A DNA stretch of 64,000 nt from Nannocystales bacterium (GTDB taxonomy: Bacteria > Myxococcota_A > Polyangia > Nannocystales > Nannocystaceae), in assembly GCA_050633305.1 (NCBI GenBank), contig JBOEGF010000010.1, forward strand, positions 64,001 to 128,000, in the 5' to 3' direction. This document shows positions 56,053 through 64,000 of the stretch, piece by piece; position 1 is the first letter of the stretch; every line of letters begins with the position of its first letter. The notes below the pieces were generated by a model. It searched no databases and was not told where the DNA came from. It worked only from the letters and a program-made list of their open reading frames with translations. Position numbers and translations under genes: made by a program.

Positions 56053-58454
56053 AGCGCATTCTGCTGTCGCTGCTGGTGTTGGCTGGATGCGGCGATGACA
56101 CGGTCGCCGCGGAGACCGACTCCAGCGCTGCGGACGGGACGGAGTCCAGCGCGTCGACGGGGACCAGCGATTCGGCCTCGAGCTCCGAGACGGATGCTTC
56201 AGGATGCGGGTCGGTCGACGTCGAGTGCACAGAGCCAGTGTCGCTCGAATGCGAGGGGCCACAAACGTCCGTCGACGTCCAGCCGCCCGAGGTCTCTTGC
56301 CCCGAATGGACGGTGGACGACGATGCTCCGCAGACGTTTCCTCTGGGGACCACCGAGATCACGTTCACGGCGGGGGATGGGCAGGACACCGTCAGCTGCA
56401 TCACGGAGGTGACGGTCACCGACACTGTCGCTCCCGCGCTGTCATGCCCGCGACCGACGACGGTCCTTCGGGGGGAACCGGGCGCCGCGGTCGGGGTTCC
56501 GCTCGTCGATGCGGTGGACTTGTGCGACGCGGCGCCTTCGGTGACGGCATCGCCCATGTCGCTCGATGCAACCGGTGTGGTGGCCTATGCGGCGACCGAT
56601 GCGTCCGGCAACACAGCGTCGTGCGAGACTGAGTACACGCTGGTCGACGCCTTCGCCGTCCAAGGTTTTCGCATCATCGCTGCGCGAGCCGAGGCCGCGG
56701 ACACCGTGGTCACCCTCGCGTGGGAGCTTCCGGAGTCTGCGGCGATCGACGGACTCCGGATCGAGTCGGCGTCTGCGGCCGAAGGTCCATGGAGCGAGGT
56801 CGCGACTCTGGCGGTCGATGAGCAGCTCCACGAGGAGACGCTGTCCGAAGACGCAGCGTTCTTTCGGGTCGTGAGTACGACACCGTTCGGAGACGGTGGA
56901 GCAACACCTCCGCGGCAAGCATTTCGCATCGATGCCGACGGGTACGACATCGACAACGTGGACGTTCCGAACATCCCGTTCGACACGACGCTGTATGGCG
57001 TCGTTCGGCACCCGACCGCGTTGGCGGAGGGCCCGTTCCCGCTGGTGGTCGTGCTACACGGTAACCACGGCAACTGTCGCTCCGACATCGACGACCCATT
57101 CGACTACTGCGTCACGACCCAAAGTCACGCGTGCGGCGACCCCAGCGGGGTCACCACGCCCAACGCGGAGGGATACATCTACTTCTTGGAGACCCTGGCC
57201 GCTCAGGGCTACATCGCGGTCAGCATCAGCGGCAATGCGATGAACTGCCGCGACGACTTCATCTTCGAGCGCGCCGAGCTCATCGCGGAACACCTGCGCC
57301 ACTGGTCCGATTGGAACGGAGCGGATGCAGGGCAGACCGGCACGTCGTTTGTCGGGAGCGTCGACCTTGGTCGGGTGGGGCTCGTTGGACACTCGCGCGG
57401 CGGCGATGCGGCGTCGAATGTTCCGGGATTGCTCGAGGCGAGCCCGATCCCCGGGGTTGAGGTTCGCTCGGTGTTTGCGGTCGCCCCCACGGATTTCCAC
57501 GATGTAGAGGTGCCCGGTGCAGACCTTGCGGTGTTGCTTCCCGGTTGTGACCTCGATGTCGCGCCGTTGTCGGGCATGAACCACTACGACCGCTCGACCG
57601 AGCTCGACGACGACGCTCGACGGGCCCAAGTCTTCCTCCTGGGGGCCAACCACAATTTCTTCAACACGCAGTGGCAGATCTCAGAGTGGGACCTGTTCGG
57701 AAACGGCAACGACCCCTTCTGCACGCCCGACGACGACGCGCTGAAGCTCACCCAAACCCACGTGCTCGAAGCCCTGCTCGGCAGCTGGTTCGAGCAGACG
57801 CTCGTCGAAGTTGGCACGCCCGAGCCTTTCATGCAGGCGACGGAGCCCAGTCCATCGACCTTCGATGTGTGGGCGGAGTCCGATCTCGAGATGCGGTGGT
57901 CGTACTCGGGCGGTCCGCGCGTGCTAGTCGATGACTTCGGGGCTCCCAACGCCCCGCTGCTCAACACGCTGGGTGGGGCCAACATGTTCACCGACTGGTT
58001 CTTGTTTGAGGCGTGCTTCGAGACGAATTGCGACCCGTTCTTCAACCACGTCAAACGTGTGGCGCGGCTGCTGTGGCAGCTCCCGGCCGAGCCCCTGGCT
58101 GTGTTCGGGCTCGACGGGTACGACGCGGGAGCGCAGTCGGCCCTGTCGATGCGTGTGGTCTCACGACGGAGTTCGCTCAACCAAGGTTTGGCGGAGAACG
58201 ACTTCTTCATCCGCCTGCGAGATGGCAGCGGGAACGTGGCCGAGGTGCGGCTCTCGGATGCGAAGACCCTGGCCCACCTCTACCCGCACTCCGCCCCGCT
58301 CGAGGTGCTCGAGACCTTCACTCTGCCGCTCGACTGGTTTGTCGAGGCAGAGCCCGCACTGGACCTCTCGGACCTCGAAGCCCTCGAATTCGACATGACC
58401 GCGACCGGGGCCAGCGGTTCCGTGATCGTCAGTGACATCGAGTTCTTGGGCTAG
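56049..58454 (+). CDS. Lipoprotein with HYR/Ig-like domains, FN3-like domain and alpha/beta hydrolase (GHSRGG)
   Basis: Lipobox LAGC; FPLGTT.ITFTA.D, DTVAP.L.CP, ATDASGN; PLVVVLHGNH, GHSRGG, CDLDV, GANHNFFNT.W. Confidence 0.82.
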   Translation: MKRILLSLLVLAGCGDDTVAAETDSSAADGTESSASTGTSDSASSSETDASGCGSVDVECTEPVSLECEGPQTSVDVQPPEVSCPEWTVDDDAPQTFPLGTTEITFTAGDGQDTVSCITEVTVTDTVAPALSCPRPTTVLRGEPGAAVGVPLVDAVDLCDAAPSVTASPMSLDATGVVAYAATDASGNTASCETEYTLVDAFAVQGFRIIAARAEAADTVVTLAWELPESAAIDGLRIESASAAEGPWSEVATLAVDEQLHEETLSEDAAFFRVVSTTPFGDGGATPPRQAFRIDADGYDIDNVDVPNIPFDTTLYGVVRHPTALAEGPFPLVVVLHGNHGNCRSDIDDPFDYCVTTQSHACGDPSGVTTPNAEGYIYFLETLAAQGYIAVSISGNAMNCRDDFIFERAELIAEHLRHWSDWNGADAGQTGTSFVGSVDLGRVGLVGHSRGGDAASNVPGLLEASPIPGVEVRSVFAVAPTDFHDVEVPGADLAVLLPGCDLDVAPLSGMNHYDRSTELDDDARRAQVFLLGANHNFFNTQWQISEWDLFGNGNDPFCTPDDDALKLTQTHVLEALLGSWFEQTLVEVGTPEPFMQATEPSPSTFDVWAESDLEMRWSYSGGPRVLVDDFGAPNAPLLNTLGGANMFTDWFLFEACFETNCDPFFNHVKRVARLLWQLPAEPLAVFGLDGYDAGAQSALSMRVVSRRSSLNQGLAENDFFIRLRDGSGNVAEVRLSDAKTLAHLYPHSAPLEVLETFTLPLDWFVEAEPALDLSDLEALEFDMTATGASGSVIVSDIEFLG

Positions 58455-58576
58455 AAGCGCCCAGCGACGCATTCTGCGGGCCGTTTCAAACCGATCGGCG
58501 CTCGAGCAGCCCTCAGTTCCGTGAAACGCTCACGTGGGCGGCTCGAGGATCGCGGGCTGATAGGCTTCGGTAGACG

Positions 58577-59692
58577 TTGCTCGCCTTGCTCATAGCGCTG
58601 GCGCTCGCTGAGCCCGTGTCGTCGCCCGCTGCCCCTTCGTCCAAGGAAGCGGGGGAGGTTCCGGACACGGTCTTGATGTTGGAGGTGGGCTCGACACCTG
58701 GCTTCGATGCAAGTGCGTGTGTCGAAGCCACCGAGGCTCATGCGGGGGGTTCAGGGTTGAACTTCCACAGGCGTCCGTTGGAGTCGGACTCGGCGTTGAG
58801 CCAGGCGTTGTCACAGTCCCGGTCCGCGCCGACGCTTGCTGTGTTTTGGTTCGAGGTTCGCCCCGACGTGGTGGCGATCTACCTGTATGCGCCGCAGACC
58901 CACGCCGTATACGTCCGGGAAGTCGAGCGGAGCTCGGACGCGGCCGTGGTCGAGGCGGTGGGGCTGATCACGGCGTCCACGGCTGTCGCGTTGCGGTCCG
59001 GAGAGACGCTCGCAATGCGGAAGATCTCCGAGCAGGAGTGGTCGGAGCTACGAGCGGAACCTGAATCTGAACCTGAACCAAAAACCGCGGAACCCGAACC
59101 GGAGTCCGAACCCGAGCCCGACGTGGTCGAGACGACGCCCGAGGACCCGGCCCGGGCGTTGCCGTTGGAGTTCGGCGCCGCGTACCGTGGCGCAACGTTC
59201 AATACTGAGGCCCCGTGGCAGCATGGTGTGACGGGGCGCGTGGGCGTGCTCGTGGGCTCCGCGGTCATCGTAGAGCTTGGCTACGCTTGGATGGCTCCCG
59301 CGAACGTCGGCGGCGGACTCGACCTGACGCGCCATGAGCCTGAGCTCGCGGCGGGGTGGCGATGGCGCGGGGCTGGGAGGTTCGGGCTGGACGTGCTTGG
59401 CGTCGGTTCCATCGAGTTGAATCGTTGGCGGGCCGGGGCACGGGACGGGACTCGTGTTCGCGGCCGTCTGGGAGGAGCACTACGGGCCTCGCTCGAGGTG
59501 GGGGCAGGTGTGTTCTTCGAAGCGCGACTCGGCGCTCGCGTGGCCCTCAACGCGTTCGATTTCGTGGTGTGCGAGAGCCCGGATGCCGCGTGTACGGGCG
59601 ATGCGCGGGAGGTGGTCGCGTCGGGCTGGCGAGCCGCACCCGAGGCCCTCGTGGGTCTCTCCTACCGGTTTGGCGCCCCGGTGCAGAAATGA
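58577..59692 (+). CDS. Exported protein with Pro/Glu linker and predicted C-terminal beta-barrel; first gene of ECF cassette 2
   Basis: Signal peptide; EPES repeats; alternating strands ending VGLSYRF. Confidence 0.65.
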   Translation: MLALLIALALAEPVSSPAAPSSKEAGEVPDTVLMLEVGSTPGFDASACVEATEAHAGGSGLNFHRRPLESDSALSQALSQSRSAPTLAVFWFEVRPDVVAIYLYAPQTHAVYVREVERSSDAAVVEAVGLITASTAVALRSGETLAMRKISEQEWSELRAEPESEPEPKTAEPEPESEPEPDVVETTPEDPARALPLEFGAAYRGATFNTEAPWQHGVTGRVGVLVGSAVIVELGYAWMAPANVGGGLDLTRHEPELAAGWRWRGAGRFGLDVLGVGSIELNRWRAGARDGTRVRGRLGGALRASLEVGAGVFFEARLGARVALNAFDFVVCESPDAACTGDAREVVASGWRAAPEALVGLSYRFGAPVQK

Positions 59693-59722
59693 TCACCCTG
59701 TTTGCGGGGTCACCAGCTCTAC
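59692..59722 (+). promoter_or_regulatory. Candidate ECF autoregulatory promoter, cassette 2: ATCACCC-N18-CTCTAC
   Basis: Matches 62289-62319 with identical spacing; 9 nt before GTG 59732. Confidence 0.55.
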
Positions 59723-59731
59723 CTGACACGC

Positions 59732-60339
59732 GTGAAGCGCAGCACGGGCTATGGCATACCTGAACAAGGCGTGGGGAAGGACGGATCGGCGAACGAACGC
59801 ACGCTGGCCGAGCGCGCCGCAGCTGGAGATGCCGATGCGCGCCGCGCCCTCCTGCGCCATGTGCTCCCCACACTCCGCGCGGCCACCGTGGCGGTGCTTG
59901 GCGTCGGGGCTGATGCCGAAGACGCCACGCAGCAGGCCGCGATCGATGTGCTTCGAGGGCTCCAGACCTACCGAGCGGAGGCGTCGTTGAGCGCGTGGTG
60001 CAGAACGATCGGCGTTCGTGCGGCTCTTCGGGTGGCTCGCGGACGGAGGCCGGTCGCGGTCGTTGAGCCGGACCAGCTACAGGCGGACGAGCGAGGCTCG
60101 CAGCTGAGCGACGGCATTCCGGGCGAGCTTCGGGCTCATCTGGAGGCGATTCCGCGGCTTCAGGGAGAGGCGCTGATGCTCCGACACGGTATGGGCTACA
60201 CGGTGCCGGAGCTGGCCGAGCTTCTGGAGACGTCGGTCAACACGGTCAAGAGTCGGTTGCTCAAGGGTCGCAAGGCGCTACGAGCTCGTATTCGTCAGCA
60301 GTCGTTGTTGGCGCAGGCTCGCGCGAGCGGGAGGCCGTC

Positions 60340-60343
<4 letters not shown>
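59732..60343 (+). CDS. ECF-type sigma-70 factor (cassette 2)
   Basis: AEDATQQA...YRAEASLSAW; ELAELLETSVNTVKSRLLKGR. Confidence 0.9.
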
Positions 60344-61265
<922 letters not shown>

Positions 61266-61269
<4 letters not shown>

Positions 61270-62282
61270 GCCGGTTCGGGTGCATCGTCGTGGCGCTCCT
61301 CGGCCTCTCGGGGTGTGATGACGAGGTCGTTGGGTTTTCCGAGGTTGCAGACGCCGGCTCCTCGACCCGGGCGACCCTCGGCAGTTCGGAGGGCGATGGC
61401 ACCGCGGCCGACGGCACCGCGACGTCTGACGAGAGTTCGAGCTCCGGGGCTTCCGTTGAAGAGGGCTTGCCCGACTTCGTGGCCTACGGTTTCGAGGACG
61501 GGCTCGCGGTCTCGTTCACGGATGGACAGACCTGGACCGAGATCCCCGAACTCACCGACATGCCCATGCGTGAGGGGCTGGCGCGCGGAGAGGAACGGAT
61601 CGTCTTGGTGGGTGCGGATCGAACTGCGACGACCGAGGATGGCCTCACCTGGGAGGTCAACCCGTTCGACATTCCAACCTATGCCCGAGCCGTTGCCTAC
61701 GGAGCCGGGGGGTTCGCGTCCGTCGGCCTGGACCACCTCACGTGGTCCGAGGACGGCCGGAGTTGGGTCGACACCCGCGGAACCAGCACCGGGCTCGACC
61801 TGGTTGCGGTGGCATACGGTGGGGGTCGGTTCCTGGCGGTCGGCATCGATCGGATCGCGACATCGGAGAACGGTCAGAACTGGACGGTCACCGAGGCGGT
61901 GGGCGAGAAGCTCACCTCGGTCGCTTTTGGTGACGGACGGTTCGTCGCGATCGGGGAACTCGGACGCATCCTCGAGACGCAAGACGGGACCACGATCCTG
62001 CGCGATGAGGCATCGGGGTTGGCGGGCCTGGGCGGCATGCGGTTCTGTGGGGATTCGTTCGTGATCGGCGGTTCTGAGCGCTATTGGCTCAGTCCCGACG
62101 CGGGTGCGTGGACCGAAGTCATGAGCATCGGCGGGGGCGCATTCGCGTGTTCTGGAACGTCCTGGGTCGTGGTCAAAGAGGAAGGGCTGTTTTGGTCGCC
62201 CGAATTGGGCGGTTTCAGCCAGACCTACACTCCGCCGGGTGTGCTCTACGAGGTCGAGTTCACCGGTCTCGATTCACTGTAA
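61266..62282 (+). CDS. Lipoprotein with BNR/Asp-box-like beta-propeller
   Basis: GTGA coupling; lipobox LSGC; repeats VAYG.G.F.AVG....S.DG..W. Confidence 0.78.
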
Positions 62283-62288
62283 AAAACT

Positions 62289-62319
62289 ATCACCCGGATC
62301 TGGAGCCGGCCCTCTCTGC
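62289..62319 (+). promoter_or_regulatory. Candidate ECF promoter, cassette 2 target copy: ATCACCC-N18-CTCTGC
   Basis: Matches 59692-59722; A-tract upstream; 7 nt before ATG 62327. Confidence 0.55.
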
Positions 62320-62326
62320 TCTTTGG

Positions 62327-64000
62327 ATGGTCCGGGCAACAGCAACGACGATCGGTCTCCTTGCAGCGATGGCTGCTGGTGGCTGCTACCAGGGGGGGAG
62401 TGCAGGTGGGGCAGACACCGACACTTCGGACGGCGGCGAAACCGAACCTACGGACACCGAGGGCGAGGACGGCTCCGGTGAATCGGGAGATAGCGGGGAC
62501 GCCTTCGGGTGCGACGACAGTGTCTGGTCGGACTCGCTATCGATGCGGCGCCTCTCCGCCGTGCAGTACCGCAACACCGTCGAGTCGCTGGTGACTTGGG
62601 TTGCGGGGTCGCAGGCGCCCGACGTCCTCGGCGTGGTGACGCCGCTGTTCGACCGCGTGCCTGATGACGTTCCTCAGGCAGTGCACGGACCTCGGGGGGG
62701 GTTCCGGCGCCTCGATCAGAGCGTGCACCAGGCCCACATCGATGGGTCCTACGACGTGGCCCTTGCGGCGGCGACCCGCCTCACCCAAGACCACCTCGAG
62801 GCGTTGGCCGGCGCTTGCGCCGTGGATGGGGACCCCGGGAACGACAGCGCTTGCGTGGATAGCTTCATCCAGCGGTTCGGAGACCGAGCGCTTCGCCGCC
62901 CCCTTTCCGAGGAGGAGCGCGCTTTCTACCGCGATGTGTACGACGCGGACGGGCTCACCCAAGGTGCGGACCCCGAGGCGTTTGCTGACGTGGTCGTCGT
63001 CATGATGACGGCGCCCTCGTTCCTGTACCTGATCGAGCACGGAGAGGATGAGATCGAGGCTGTCGGCGGTGTGTACCACTTGGGCCCCTACGAGCTCGCA
63101 CAGCGGTTGAGCTACCAGTTCTGGCAAGCGCCTCCCGACGATGCGCTTCTCGCAGCGGCCGCGTCGGGCGAGCTCATGACTGACGAGGGCTACGAGGCGC
63201 AGGTCGACCGGGTGTTGGCCGACCCCCGATCCGAGTCCGCGGTTCGCGAGTTCTTCGGCGAGTGGCTCTGGCTCGAGGAGCTCCCTCCGATCGACGCGCG
63301 TGTCGGCACGCCGGTCTTCGACGCCTTCTTGGACGGTTTCGAAGTCACCCCTGACACGACGCAGAACATGGTCGATGAGGTCCTCGACGCCGCGTCGTAC
63401 TACGCCAGCGCAGGCGGGACGTTCGAGGAGTTCTTTCTCAGCGACCGCTCGTTTGCAACGACGCCCGACCTCGCTGAGATCTACGGCGTGCCGGTCTGGG
63501 ATGGCGGCGAGCCCCCGATGTTCCCACAGGCGGAGAGAGGTAGCCTCCTGGCGCGTGCTGCGTTCGTCGCCACCGGGTCGCCCAACACTCGGCCGATCAT
63601 GAAAGGCGTCCGGGTTCGCGAGGCGCTGCTCTGCGACCAACTGGCGCCTCCGCCGGACAACGCCGCTGGCAACCCGCCGGACCTTTCTCCCGACAGCACG
63701 ACCCGCGAGGTGGTGGAGATGCTGACTGAGCAAGCCGGCACGAGTTGCGCAGGGTGTCACCTGACCCAGATCAACCCACTGGGATACGTGACCGAGAGCT
63801 TTGACGCCCTTGGACGCCACCGGTCGCACCAGGTGCTGCTCGACGATGATGGCAACGTCACCGGAACGCGCGAGGTCGACACAACCTCGACCCCGTTGCT
63901 GACCCCTGGTGATGAGCGGCAGGCTTCGTCAGCCGCCGAGCTGGGCGCGATGATGCTGGAGAGCGAGCGGGTGCAGGCGTGTTTCGCCCGCAACTATGTG
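62327..64000 (+). CDS. DUF1592/DUF1588-type c-haem lipoprotein, truncated by the window end (absent from the ORF track)
   Basis: MVRATATTIGLLAAMAAGGCYQG; MRRLSAVQYRNT, RLSYQFW..PPD, RPIMKGVRVREALLC, CAGCH..INPLG. Confidence 0.85.
   Translation, partial: MVRATATTIGLLAAMAAGGCYQGGSAGGADTDTSDGGETEPTDTEGEDGSGESGDSGDAFGCDDSVWSDSLSMRRLSAVQYRNTVESLVTWVAGSQAPDVLGVVTPLFDRVPDDVPQAVHGPRGGFRRLDQSVHQAHIDGSYDVALAAATRLTQDHLEALAGACAVDGDPGNDSACVDSFIQRFGDRALRRPLSEEERAFYRDVYDADGLTQGADPEAFADVVVVMMTAPSFLYLIEHGEDEIEAVGGVYHLGPYELAQRLSYQFWQAPPDDALLAAAASGELMTDEGYEAQVDRVLADPRSESAVREFFGEWLWLEELPPIDARVGTPVFDAFLDGFEVTPDTTQNMVDEVLDAASYYASAGGTFEEFFLSDRSFATTPDLAEIYGVPVWDGGEPPMFPQAERGSLLARAAFVATGSPNTRPIMKGVRVREALLCDQLAPPPDNAAGNPPDLSPDSTTREVVEMLTEQAGTSCAGCHLTQINPLGYVTESFDALGRHRSHQVLLDDDGNVTGTREVDTTSTPLLTPGDERQASSAAELGAMMLESERVQACFARNYV

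Overview
GC-rich window of about 53 CDS that looks like a myxobacterium (Nannocystaceae-like). This is inferred from a MYXO-CTERM protein, DUF1592/DUF1552 genes, a eukaryote-type Ser/Thr kinase, three ECF sigma factors and about 21 lipoproteins, many with acidic Ser/Thr-rich tethers. No rRNA, tRNA, CRISPR array or transposase was recognised. The most striking feature is a cassette that occurs twice (2565-6136 minus, 58577-62282 plus): predicted small outer-membrane beta-barrel protein, ECF sigma, membrane-anchored TPR anti-sigma-like protein, beta-propeller lipoprotein. Each cassette carries its own bipartite promoter-like motif in two copies, one before the sigma gene and one before a downstream target (CCGTGACGGA-N13-GTGCACTCA; ATCACCC-N18-CTCTRC). 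This suggests orthogonal, TonB-independent trans-envelope signalling modules. Other points of interest: a haem c-fused PHM/DBH-type copper monooxygenase divergent from a His-rich lipoprotein; an HD-GYP/LuxR regulator with a palindromic operator before a DUF4331-TPR operon; an LVIVD plus PKD/YVTN/dihaem lipoprotein pair; a haloalkane-dehalogenase-like lipoprotein lacking both halide-binding residues; and a recurrent GP[KR][FL]D[LI] motif after lipoprotein linkers. All family names come from motif recognition by eye, not from database searches.
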